From assembly GCA_905178155.1 (NCBI GenBank), contig CAJINV010000010.1, positions 3,120,587-3,184,586 on the forward strand: a stretch of 64,000 nt of DNA, written 5' to 3'. Every line of letters begins with the position of its first letter. The first letter of the stretch is position 1. The DNA is from Amoebophrya sp. A120. Lineage: Eukaryota; Protista; Dinoflagellata. Shown here piece after piece: positions 1-12,200 of the stretch. The translations under genes were made by a program, and so were the position numbers. Below the pieces are notes generated by a model. The model saw only the letters and a list, made by a program, of their open reading frames with translations. It was not told where the DNA came from and did not search any database.

Positions 1-53
1 TGCAGCATCACAACTTCGGATTCTTCCAGACCCAGACATTTTTGCATTTGATA
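1..53. mobile_element. Introner family A, right end only
   Basis: cttccagacccagacatttttgcatttgata. Confidence 0.85.
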
Positions 54-167
54 ATTCGTCTTGGCCATTAAAACGCTGTCCTCTTCGGAATTATTGTCGA
101 ACATCTGGCCGGGCCGGGTCCGCATGGCCTGCGGGTTTTGGAGAAGATAACGGACGACTGCGTCCAT
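54..167 (-). CDS. First coding exon of a gene running off the left edge (MDAVVRYLLQNPQAMRTRPGQMFDNNSEEDSVLMAKTN...)
   Basis: ATG at 167, open to the right TIR of a family A element ending at 53. Confidence 0.5.
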
Positions 168-2239
168 TGTTGGTGTGACAGGTGGAGTGACGGTGCTTGC
201 TATCTGAAGTCAGAACCTATGTGGCCTCCTTCTTCAATAACACAGTACTCTATATGACACAAGTGCAAGAACATGCAGTGCTAGTGGTTGACTTTGTTAC
301 ATCAACAAAAACTCAAAAGAAAGAAGAAGACCGTAACATCAAGCTGCGCGACGACCACATAGTATGGAAATAAGAAGACACAACTGACAGTGCTGCTAGT
401 ACCTTTACTTACGTAAAACTTAAACTATATATTGTCAAAATCCTATACAACATTCATGCGCATGTGGGTAGAGCAAAAAATAGACGAGGGTATGGAGTTC
501 CTGGATGAGAGTAAATAAAAGTTCACGTCGGAGTCTGTTGACGATTTTTTCCTTCAAAATTCTGCACGAAATGTTGCTGCATATGGTTGCACGAAAGAGG
601 CATCTGAAACTTGCCTTGTTGGTTGCACGACATGTTTGCTTCGGCCACACCGACGTGTTTGCGGCGCATGATCAGCTGCACGACTACGATGCTGTTGCTT
701 GCACGACCAGAATTGCTATATATCGCTTTCGTCACCTCGCAAAAAAGTACATACTTAAAAAACCGACTTGTCTTTGAGTTTGATTTCAACAACCTGCTCA
801 CTCGCTCAAATCAACAGCAGGAAAACTTCTTTACCGACACAGCTTTCAGTTTTAGTGTTTTGTTTGTCTTTATCAGATGAAATATCAATTGCGCCGCGAG
901 CGTAACGCCAACGTAAAAAGAATCAGGCATCAAAACAAAACAAAGACCGACGAAAAATAAACCCGACTTCTCTTTCTGTATAACGATCATCAACACGATA
1001 AGATAGAAGCCCATCCGGTGTGCATCTTCATGATGTCGTCTAGGGCTGCAAACAGAAAGAAGGCATCTCTGTGTCTGTGCGCGAATCGCTTTCATAAATT
1101 TTTTTTTTTTTATACTAGAACGACTATAAACCGTAATAAAAGAGTAGTAGATCAGCTCCTGATTATTGGAATTTGAGAAAGTCAAGACGCTGCTCCGCTT
1201 CTCCTCCACTGCAGTTTAACGATTCCAACATGCGCTTCCAGACTTGCACCACAGCACCGGGAGCCCTATCCAGTGTAGTTTTAGCAAGCCGAGGCTCCTC
1301 TTCCTCGTAGTCCGCTTTCACGTCCTCCTTCCACGCTCGGGACGACATAGCCAGAGTGCCCCCCTTCCTGCTGCGCAAGGAAAGCGAACACTCAAGAGGC
1401 GAATGAAGTACCTTGGTGGAATCCCCACTGCCTCTGCATGTCGTTGCGGCTATGCCTCTGTACCTTTTTCTCTCCTGTGCTCTGAGGTCCAAGCTGACTA
1501 GCCGAAAAGGGAAAGACAAGGCAGGCATCATCATCAGCGAGGAGCAACAGTAGCTGAAAAACGAAGTGAGAGCTGTCATGACAAGTAAAGAGCACTCGTC
1601 GTCGCAGTCTGTCATCTGAAAGCTTTCCATAGATCCAAAATCTTGATAGAGGAGACGGATATTAGACCCAGAAAATGCATGCAAACAGATAAACATATGA
1701 CAGCTCTCACTTGTTTTTCGTCCGTGTAGCCATTTTTCGTTGGGGAAAAAGATAAATTTTGGCGCTTTACTCTTATATAATTGCGCAATCTAATCTTACC
1801 CTTACTTCACTTTACTTTCCTTACTTTTGCATGCAAACTTCTCTTTCTATTTTTTGTTTTTTGGAAAGGATTGAGGTCATCAGGGGCATCCGGGGTGGTG
1901 TGTCATCAATGCGCCAAGAAGCAGCAACACCACTTCCCATGAATCGCTTTCATAAATAAACAAGCAAGGATGCTCTCGTCAGCACAAGGGGCTGCGCCGG
2001 CACGTGTCACCTTACAAGGTAAAGTACATTGTTCTTCGTAGTCACGATTATACCACAACGGCTGAGGTATCTCGTCATCAACAGCTTTGTACAATGGATG
2101 ATTGGGAGCTGACTCTCAGAATCTAAATCCATAAAATGCTCTTCATCTTCTCCCGTTCTACTTGCACTGACAGTTCTAAGTAGCTCTAGGCGTCACAGCC
2201 CAGCACGGAGTTCATGCTTCTTTTCCACGAGCTTGTCAC

Positions 2240-5200
2240 TCACCCAGTAACACCAACATCATTCAAGCCAAAGTCTTCGTTTTTTTCCGAACCGGGGACT
2301 TTCTCCTCCACCCTACCCGTCTTCGGGTCCACCAAAATTTCTATAAGAGAGCACAACTCCCCCTCCCCCTCATTTGTATTGCATAAGCTGCAACACAAGC
2401 GTCGTCAAGAATGCAGGTTTTGCATGACAAATTTGGACAGAATCAATTGTAGTGCTATTTGGCCTGCCAGAACTTGCCATGCAAACAGTGCCAAGAAGCA
2501 GGGTGTGAATACAGGTATTTTGCGATGACAAATGAGGGGGAGGCGGAGTTGTGCAGTGTGATAATTTCCGGCGACGCGGGAAGAAACACCTTTTCCGGGG
2601 ATACCTGGTTCGAGTCCAAAAGTCGTTTCGCGTTTTCCACTTGCTCCGCGGTGCGCAGTTGCCCGTGCATCATCTTCTCCAAATTTTGACTGACCATGAA
2701 CAAGCTAGTCGTCTGTTTCTGCTCCTCGTAGTGAAACACGGACTTCCAGGCCCGCAAGGACTTCGGTAACCGCAACAGCCAACCGGCCTTCCAGACTGTC
2801 CCGGGGTTCTATGGGAGTGCACAACCCCCGCCCCTCCCCCTCAGTTGTGTGGCATGAACAGCAACACAAGCGCTGGCATTGGCAAAGATCAGGCAGCTTT
2901 TGCATGACAAATTCCCAGAGGATTGTTGTAGTGCTGTTTTGGATTCCGAAATCCGTCATGCAAACAGTGCTAAGAGGCAAAGGGTGGATTAGGAATTTTG
3001 CATGACAAATGAGGGGGAGAGGGAGTTGCGCACTCTCATAGGTTCTTCTCCGTCAAGTGTCCGCACTGCGGACAGGGTTTCAGCCGAAAAATTATCCTGT
3101 GCAAAAGTATCGTACTCGTAATGCAATCATGCATTACAAGTCTCTTTCTTAAGGTGAATGCGCATTACAAATTTTCTTTCTCATGCTGAGGAAATTTGTA
3201 ATGCATTCAAATTTATTATACGAGTACGACTACGATACCTTTGCAGTGCATAAAAATCGGCGCATACCCGCAGAAATCGCACTCCTTGCCGAACCAGGCG
3301 GATTTTTTCGCTTTTTCCGCCAGGTTCGCGAGCATGGATTTTTTCTTGCCCTTATGGAAGCGTCAGGATTGAAATCAACAAAGTTGAAATAGTTTGCCAT
3401 GCATAAAATGCAATGCAGAATTTGTCTCTATTGCAGAGGACGCAAGAGAGGCAGACGGGAAGCCTGTTGAGGAATAGAAATAGAGCTGCTCAAGTAGCAT
3501 GACAAAACGCGTCGTCCTTACCCGAACAGCATGACAAACTGGATCTAGATTCTACCCAAACTTGTCATGCGCCGCTTGGAAACGGGGCTTCGCCTGGCCT
3601 CCATTTTGTGCATGGCAAATTATTTCAACTTTGTCGATTTCGATCCTGACAGTTCCATAGCCCTTCAGCAGGTCGTTGTACTTGTTGCGCCAGTACTCCG
3701 TGTGCGCATATCGAAGAAAAAAACACTCTTAGTGTAACTTTGTGATGCGCAACATGCAAAGTAAGTGCAGCTGTCATGCTGGGCATGCATTAAGAGGTCC
3801 ACCGAAGCGCGTTTTCACGTACCATCTGCGCATGACAGGCTTTTGCTCTCATGCCAGACAGATTTGTCATGCTGTTCCTCCACAAAAGTTACACCTACAA
3901 TCTATTTTTCTTGGATAGCGCGCTCGCGTGCTTTAGCTTTTGCTCCAAAATCTGCACCTGGTTTTCCAATTCGAACACTTTTTCCCGCAATTCCGCGGTC
4001 ATTTGCTTCTCCGCCTTTAACGCTTTTTCCAGCTTGATGGCCTGCTCCGTCAATTCCCGCATTCTGTTCCGGATGTAAGCGACTTCCTTCTCTAATTCCG
4101 CAATTTTCAAATTCGCCAATTCCAATCTTCCTTCCGTCCAAATGAGCTTCTTCTTGAACTCGATCTTCGCCCTATGACAATGCACAACTACCCCTCCCCC
4201 TCATTTGTATAGCATGACCGGCAATACAAGCATCCGCAAGGATGTCGGTTTTGCATGACAAATTACCAGCCATGCCCCGGCTGACGCCGGGGCGAGCGGC
4301 TGTTGTGGCGGGGCAGGACTATTTGCGGACCGGGCCACAGCGCCATGCCTTTGCGCGCGACGTGATAGGTCGAGGGAAATACTGGCGCGGGTTGCGCCAT
4401 CTCAGCCCGCTGGGCCTCCTGCGCGCTTCCCGCGCCTTCCGGCGCTATGCGCAGGGAGCAGCTGCAGCGAAGCTTGGGGGCGAAGCGAAACCGCCTCGGC
4501 GTAGGTGCCTACCGAAGCAGAACGGGGGCCGCGCTGTTCTTTTTTGATCACGCGCGGGAGGTTGACGCGGGAGGGTGCGCGAGAGGGTGCGCGAGGTGAT
4601 AGCGCGAGAGGGTGTGGGCCTGCACGATGACAAAGCCCCAGGAAAATCGGCCGCGTGCCGGGCGGATTCGGGTTTTTTGGGCCCTCTCGCGGCCCCTCTT
4701 TTTGACCTCTCTCGGAGGTCCCCGCTAATAGTCGGGCTATACTCGCGGGCAGAGGGCTACAGAGGTGGCCGGGAGGTCGCCGAGAGGGTGCGCAAGAGGT
4801 CCCGCCTTATTCGCGCAACCTCTCGGCACCTCTGCCCACCTCTCGCTTGCCCTCCTTTCCACCTCTCTGCACCCTCCGAGGCGCTTCAGCGGCGCTAAAG
4901 AGTGGACCCTTCGGCGGGCTATACTCGCGCCACCTCTCGGTCTCCCTCTCGAAAGACCCCCCGCGCCACCTCTTCACCTCGGTCGACCTCTTTTTTACCT
5001 CTGTCGGCCTCTTTTTGACCTCTCGGCCACCTCTCTTTTATCCTCTGTAGACCTCTACTTTCGCATGAATATAATAGATAGTAATATGCACTGGATTGTA
5101 GTGCTCTTGGGGCTTCCAGGATTTGTCAACATGCAAACAGTCCTACAAGGCAGCAGCTGGTGCTGGATTTGGGATTTTGCATTACAAATGGAAATGAGGG

Positions 5201-7506
5201 AGAGGGGGAGTTGTGCACTTTCATACGCCCGCCTTTGGCACACGGCGTCTTCGGACGCGAACCGGTGGTTTTCTTCCGACCGGCGGAGTTTCATTTTCGT
5301 GATTTCTATATGCAATGCAAAAGCATCGCACTCGTAGTAATTGCGTTTATGCATTGCAAATCTTTGTCTTAAGGTAAATCCGCATTACAAATTTAATTTA
5401 TCATCATGCTGAGGAAATTTGTCATGCGATTTATACTAGTACGATGCTTTTGCATTTCATATTCTAACTCCTTTTTCGTTTTTCCCAGCTCCGCCTTCAT
5501 TTCCTCCCACTCCTTCTTGAGCTTATCCCGCTCGCGGGTCAAGTTCTCGATCTGCCGCAACAACCCGTTCGCCCCCGCGCCGGACATGTCCTTCCAGGGG
5601 AAGAAAAATTTCCGCTTGGTGTTCAGCCTCTCATAAAACGCGCACTTCTCGATAATCAAGTCCAGCTCCGCCATCTGTCTGCGCCGCTCGATGAGCTCGG
5701 AAAGCGTATGAAGTGCAAATGTGTCTGGGTCTGGAGGAGTGTAAACTTGTCATGCAGGTTTTCCGTGACGCATGAGGTCCGGAATGCGGGACCTAGCATG
5801 ACAGACTCTGCGAGGTCTCTGCCATTCCTCTCCTGCATGACAAACTCCCTCCCATCTTGGTCGAAAGTGGACAGCTTTTGGAACTCATGCAACACAGATT
5901 TTTACATGATTCGGATTTGGCATGACAAGTTGCAACCTTCCAGACCCAGACATATTTGCATTTCATAAAGCGTCGGGTCTTGCCACGTTTCGATTCCCTC
6001 GAAATGCCGTGCGTAATTCGTGGTGCTCGCCTTCACCTCATTCAATTTGCGGTCACACTGTTTTTTCAACTTCAAATATCCGAGAAAAAAACATTGTAGG
6101 TGTAACTTTTTTGGAGGAACAGCATTACAAATTTGTCTGGCATGCGCAGGACACCAAAAACCTGTCATGCGCAGATAGTACGTGAAAACGCCCTTTAATG
6201 GAGCCTACGACGCATGCCAAGCATGACAGACGCAATCGTCTTGCATGTTGCGCATCACAAATTTGCCCTAACAGCGTTTTTTTCTTGGATATCAAATACT
6301 CCTGTCGCCACCAGTTTTCCCGTTGCCGAAACTGCTCCTGCAGTTTGTACAGCTGCAGTTGCGCCTATGGATGTGTCAGAGTTGAAATCGAGGACAAAGT
6401 TGAAATTGTTTGTCATGCATAAAATGCAACGCAGAAATTGCCTCTATTGCAGAGGACGCAAGGGAGGCAGATTGTAGTGCTGGTAAGTGTCGAGAACTGG
6501 GCTGCTGATTAGCATCACAGAGGGGAGCCCCTTTGCCCTAAACAGCATGACAAATTGGCCTCCAGTACGGACAAAATTTGTCATGCGCCGAGTAAAAACT
6601 GTGGGTCCAATTGGTATCGATTTTATGCATTACAAGTTATTTCAACTTTGTCGATTTCAATCCTGACACTCCCATAGCGCCGGACATTTGATCTGCAGTG
6701 CGGGACAGTAGAGGCGGTTGGCTTGATTCGCAGTAGCTGTTCTCAAGCCCTGCGACCCGTTGTTGACACCCTGTGCATCATGATGCGCTCCCCGTCCTCG
6801 CAGCGGCGGATTCATCGCCGATTCGTCCTCATCTGCCGTCGTTGTGATTTCCTCATCTTCTGTGTCAACAAAAGTTCGGCTTCTCGCTAACAGTGCATCA
6901 AACCGCATCTTTTCCAAGTCTTCTTCCGACTGCAGGATCGAATTCGCCGCATGGAGAAACCCGGCGCTCAGTGTATTACAGTGAAAAATGCCCCCACCCC
7001 AGAATTTGCAAAAGTTTCTCATGCAAAGTTTCCAAATGAAAGCCGTTTGTCTTGCATAAAAGGACTACGAGCCTTTCTGATGCAGAATCTAGGTGCGCCA
7101 GGTGTCTTTTGCATACCAGATCTGCCTGCTGTTGGGCTCCTTTGTAACACAGATTTGAGCTATTCAACCTGGAAAATTTGTGATGCTGATACATGCAAGA
7201 CGGGGAATGTTTCCATTGGAAAGGTTTGCAATACAAATGCTGCCAAGTTCGGGGGTGGGGGTATTTTTCATTGTAATACGGTGGCGGTTTCGGCGGTTTC
7301 TCCTTTTTCGGCCGCGGTTTCTTCGAACTCAAAGGCGGCTGTTCCATGAAAATTAACCATCCCCACCCAATTTGTCAAGCAAAAGCAAAACATGTACTAA
7401 AATCTGCGTTTGTCATGCAAAAAGTTGATGGGGATGGTCAATTTCTAGGGAATAGCGGTTGGGGCAGGGGCTTCCCCGAAATAGTCGTGGGGAGGGAGGA
7501 AAACAT
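2240..7506 (-). CDS. Coiled-coil protein with CxxC-x9-CxxC zinc-ribbon-like motif, ~554 aa after removing 12 introners
   Basis: Removing each element plus one 5-bp repeat joins the ORF fragments in frame (5267-3602=1665 nt). Motif CDFCGYAPIFRLKPCPQCG is rebuilt across the 3093-3252 element. Start codon uncertain. Confidence 0.8.
2342..2563. mobile_element. Introner family C (TIR tatRRgagtgcacaactccccctccccctcatttgt)
   Basis: DR ATTTC/ATTTC. Confidence 0.9.
2810..3040. mobile_element. Introner family C
   Basis: DR GGTTC/GGTTC. Confidence 0.9.
3093..3252. mobile_element. Introner family B (TIR tatcctgtgcaaaagtatcgtactcgta)
   Basis: DR AAAAT/AAAAT. Confidence 0.9.
3353..3659. mobile_element. 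Introner family F (TIR tatgga..gtcaggat.gaaatc.acaaagttgaaata)
   Basis: DR GCCCT/GCCCT. Confidence 0.9.
3709..3917. mobile_element. Introner family G (TIR tatc.aagaaaaa...gtgtaacttt)
   Basis: DR GCGCA/GCGCG. Confidence 0.85.
4173..5225. mobile_element. Long family C introner with ~790-bp GC-rich internal insert
   Basis: DR CGCCC/CGCCC; family C ends. Confidence 0.9.
5309..5461. mobile_element. Introner family B
   Basis: DR TTCTA/TTCTA. Confidence 0.9.
5707..5967. mobile_element. Introner family A (TIR tatcaaatgYaaaaatgtctgggtctggaa)
   Basis: DR AAGCG/AAGCG. Confidence 0.9.
6077..6291. mobile_element. Introner family G
   Basis: DR TCAAA/TCAAA. Confidence 0.85.
6366..6676. mobile_element. 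Introner family F
   Basis: DR GCGCC/GCGCC. Confidence 0.9.
6974..7278. mobile_element. Introner family H (TIR tattaca.tgaaaaat.cccccacccc)
   Basis: DR CAGTG/CGGTG. Confidence 0.88.
7340..7454. mobile_element. Introner family I (short; TIR ...gaaaatt.accatcccca), left end TGT
   Basis: DR GCGGC/GCGGT. Confidence 0.8.
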
Positions 7507-7749
7507 CACGTACACGTTGTTTCTGTTTTATTTGACTGCTCGGGGTCTGTTGACCTGCTCTTCTTGGAGAAGGACGGGAGAATTGGAAGCAACCAGGACC
7601 ACGCTGCGGTTACTTGCTTAGTTGAAGCCCGTGAAGCTTCCCCCTCGATGAAACTGGTAGTTCTTAGTACCTGTAGTCGAAGTCGTAGCAGTGTTTCCTC
7701 GGAAACAAGTTCTACTTCGAACTCCCCCTGTCTGCAGCAACCGTTTATT

Positions 7750-8220
7750 TTACAGAACAAAGTTTTGCGGTAGGTGTTGCGCAAATGCCTGTTCCACTGC
7801 TCCGCCCGGGGGTAAAAACGCCTGCCGTCTTCTTGGCTGCTGCTCCAAAAAATGATGACCTGCTGTGCCTGCGGCGTGCTGGGTGTAAAAATAATGAACC
7901 GGATGGTGCAACAAGGTTCTTCGCTCGTACTCCTTCCTATACTGAAAAAACCGGACCATGATCAGCGCAATGATGTACAGGAACGCAACCTGGCAATCGA
8001 GAAAATTCATATTCAACGAAAATTACCCATCCCCATCGTCCAATTTGTCATGCAAAACATGTAGGAAATTCTGTGTCTGCCATGCAAAAAGTGGATGGGG
8101 ATGGTTAATTTTCAGAGAATAGCTCAGACAGAAAAGCGACAGGGCGGAGGCGAAATGGCAGCAACATGCGAGCTTCTTACGGAGGGATGGAGAAAATGAA
8201 AAGGACGATGGCCGCATCAT
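7750..8220 (-). CDS. Small hydrophobic/membrane protein, ~117 aa, one introner
   Basis: ORFs 8023-8220 and 7750-8016 join in frame on removing 8010-8121 plus 5 bp; hydrophobic stretch LSLFCLSFLDCQVAFLYIIALIMV. Confidence 0.5.
8010..8121. mobile_element. Introner family I
   Basis: DR ATTCA/GCTCA. Confidence 0.8.
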
Positions 8221-9283
8221 CGGTAAGAGAAGTTCTTCAAGAATTTCTCTTTTTCTTTGCCGTGGTCATCGAGATTGCTTCCAAAGATCGTTTTCGTTAT
8301 TCAAAAAAAAAACCAAACCACTCTACACATGATCTGACTCTGAGAGGAAGTTCCTCTGAGGAACGAAACTAGTAATAAAAATCCAAGCAAATTATAAGCC
8401 ACTAGAATTACCGCTACCCGTATTAAACCATGACCAGCTAACAAATATATAGAGAAGTAACTCGACGACGTGGTGTATTCTTGCGTAGAAGGGACTGCAC
8501 GACCCATTCGCATCAGGTCGAGAGACACGGACGAAGATCGCTACTTAGAAGGAAAGAGCCCACATAGACAAACGACAACCCAGCACATGAAAAGACTGCG
8601 ATATCAAGAAACCCAAAGAAATAGATCTGCCACAATTACGACCGACTGGGGCACTATGAGCAGCATGGCGAATTAATAGTACCGAGACGAGCAGTAGACC
8701 TGTTATAGTTATTTACTACGACGGTAGCCGTATCTTCAAAATGTGACTCATACGAAACTCATATCGCGTTCACAACCAGCGCAAGCGCTATCTGAGAGAT
8801 GATCTTCACACTTCTACTTCACCTGCAGCTTCCCTCTAATATTGTCATGGAGTCGAAGAAAAACAAAAAGTGAGCACGACGAGTGAATAGTACGAGTGAA
8901 TAGCACGACCGAAGACGTAAGTTTTATTTTCAGCGGTCACAGAAGATTCAGATGCAGATGGCGAGCGAACAGGTGATTATTTACGGCGCGTTCTGGTGCC
9001 CGACACGAGATCATGAACGGATGGTGCTCTGGATTGGACATAGATCTCGATTATGTTTGTGCAAAGGCATGAGAAGAATGTTATCAGGGCGCGTCACAAA
9101 CAGAACTTCTCCTTCTTTATTCCGTAACAGAGTTTCACTGAATCCAAGTTTTCAATAGGAAACTGACCTTCATACGACTCCAAGTCGTCCTTCTTTTTTC
9201 CATCTACTTCCGACTCGCATGATCCAGAACATCAACCTCTCGCTCTGTCCTAGTACTTAGGCTTTCCAAAAAATAACTCTTGT

Positions 9284-12200
9284 TCACCGCCGTTGCCGCT
9301 TTCTCCTCTTTCCCGCCGGTCCATTCGATGTGCTAGTAGTATTTTCTGTTTGTTTATTTCCATCCCCAGGAACGCTAGCTGCACCTGCACTACGATCACC
9401 TGCTCCACGGGCACCACCCGTAGAAGAAGTAGAAGTACTAGCGCCGCTGCCTTTGTTGCTTTTCGCACTTCCCGTAGATCCCCTCTTTGTCATCACCCTC
9501 AAACACTCCTGCTCAAAGTCCTCCAACGCCGTCAAGTTGCTCATCACCAGCATCCGCTGCGACTCCCGGAATTTCTGCGCTAACACCCCAAACTGCTCGT
9601 GCGACTCCCAAATTTTGTTCTACCAAACGAAAAAATGGGCCACAGCCAAATTTTCAAATTTTCAAAATTTTTCCCGCCAACCCGTGATCCTCGCCCCGGC
9701 CTGGGAAAATACGCACTGGCAGAAGTGCTCCATCTCGAGAACTCACATTGGCCACCTCAATCGGAAAAACAAAATTTTGAAATTTTGGCTGTGGCCCATT
9801 TTTCCGTTTGGTATGTTCGTTGGCGTCATCACGGACTCGTGCAACACCGAGTCCGCGGGGGTGAGTAGTTCGTTCAACACGTCCTTCAACGTCTCCACAA
9901 TTTGCAAGTCTGCCGCGCAACGGGCTTCGTTTTTCTCGAACAGAGAATTCTGCAAGTCCTCACTATCAATGCCGTGGAGAATGCGCAAGCAGATGAGCAG
10001 CTTCTTCGAAAGTGGCCAGGGAACAGCCGCTTGTTCTGGACAACTCGTCGAAGAAGAAGTACTAGTAGCGATCAACGCTGTTCCTGTCCTGTTGCTCGTC
10101 GTCGGCACAATATGTGACAGCACGTGGCTGGTCGTGACATTGTGCATGTGCAGCAACAGTTGCACTTCGGCATCCTCCGGCTCCCCGAGGTCCAGCTGCA
10201 GTGTGTCAGCTGGATTGCGGTCAAAGCAAAAGCCGTAGTACTGCAACAGCTCCCAGTTTTGCAACGGGCCGTAGTTCAGACAAAGCTGCTTTGGTGGAAG
10301 GGGGCAGGAAATTGGTGTTTCTGTTTGAAGATTCTTCGTCGTGCTCGTGGGCTCGCTCGTAGTAGTTGCCGGACGAGCAGGGACAACGTTCGCGGCCGTC
10401 TGCAGAATGAAGTGACCCAGGGACGGGCTGGTCTTGGTGCTTCTGCATGACAAGTTTCCGTCCTCTTGCTTTCCCGCACGACAAGTTTTGTCTGCCTCGA
10501 ATCTTGGCACGCAGATCGGCGAAGAGCGGTCGTGGTTTAGGTAGTCGGCGAAGGGGACGAGACAAGTCACTTTCGTATCAAGTGTAAAAGTGTCTGGGTC
10601 TGGAAGGTTGGAACTTGTGATGCTAACTATGGACTCTAAAAAAAAATGTATTGCATGAGTACCAAAAGGAATGCAATTTTTGCTACGCGGAGAGGGCATT
10701 TGTCATGCGGAATAGGCATGAAGAAGCTCTGAAAAAATATGTGATGCTAGGGCATGCATCACAGACATCAGGGCTCATGCAAAACGTGCATGACAATTGT
10801 CAGAATGTTCCTGACCCAGACATTTTTGCAGTTGATACTTCGAGAACGGAAACCACTCGCCGTCAATATACTGCGGTTTAGTGTCTTCAGAAGAGGAGGC
10901 TGCTTCTCCTGCCCCACACGTGTTTTGTAGTTCATCGCCCTCTACTTCATCTCCGCTATGATCGGACGAATCCTCGTCCGCGCAGGACGGCGGGTCGTGA
11001 CGGTTCACGTCCCCTTGGGCAGAACAGGAGCTGCTTGCCGGCTTCGCGAAGGTCATGGTTTCCTTATGAATTGCAAAAGTATCGTACTGGTATAAATGCA
11101 ATACAAATTTCCGAAGCATGAGAAAGAAAATTTTTTGTAATGCTGATTTACATTAAGAAAAAAATTTGTAATGCATGATTGCAATACGAGTACGATACTT
11201 TTGCAATTCATATTTCTCGTCTTTTCGCAACTCTTCCGCGGAGCAGCTAGTTATGCATTGCAAATATGTCTGGGTCTGGAAAGATGCGAACTTGTGATGC
11301 GCATTGCACATGACACAAAAATCTGTCATGCAAGGAAGCCAAAAGTTGCACATTTCTGGCCACCGAAAGAAGGGCTTTGTCATGCGGATTACGCATTAAG
11401 AGACCTTCTAAAAACCTGTGATGCTGGGGCGTGCATGGTAGCCCTTCTGGGTCATGCCAAAGCTGCACCATAAACCTCTGCAACCTTCCAGCCCCAGACA
11501 TATTTGCACTTGATACTGGTACTAGAGGAGCAAATTGCCATAGAAGTTGTATCCATAGCTGCTTGTTGCTGCAGAGCAACTTCTTGCTGCGCATACGCTC
11601 CTGCTTCACCTTGATGCTCATCGCCCTTTTGGTGCGCCTCGATCTCCATGGCACCGCCGTCGCCGTCGGCAGTAAAAGTAGACTCCGTCGAGCTATTCAG
11701 CTGCATTTCGGCATCCTCCTGGTCCTGGTTTTGTTCTCCTTCATGCTCTTGCTCGTCTTCAGCAGAAAAATTTTCATCGGCGCTTTCGCTTTCCTGCCTC
11801 GGTCGATGCGTCTTTTGGCAGACTTTGAAATCGATCTGAAAGGCGCGACTGTCGAAGACCACTTTCGCGTACAAAACGTCCTCAAACGTGACTTCCGGAA
11901 TGCGATCGCATCTTGGAATCTCCTCCTGCACCCACGTCGCAGGTCGTGGTCCTCCTGCTCGGGTACTTGTTGTCCCAATTTCTCCATCTTGCTGTCCAGC
12001 AATAAAAATTTCGCTCGCATGGTTCTCGTCATCGTCTCCGTCGACGTTCATTTTGTCGGCCGCGTGGTCCCCTACTTCCTCTCCAAGAATGCAACTGGAA
12101 GGAGATGAGCCAACACAATTTTCATTTTGAGCATTCTGCTTGAAGTCCTCGTGAATCTGCTTGTGTTTCTCATAGTTGAACACCACCTGGCTCAGAGACC

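Noticed and set aside
435-2140. Short ORFs including 1163-1696
   Set aside because: No motif or introner-supported structure; cannot call a gene.
4242-5337. ORFs in the GC-rich cargo as a possible transposase
   Set aside because: Short, low-complexity, no DDE or recombinase motif; expected from GC content.
2342-7454. Repeat-spacer appearance resembling a CRISPR array
   Set aside because: Repeats are inverted pairs from different families, the spacers are in-frame exons, and no cas genes are present.
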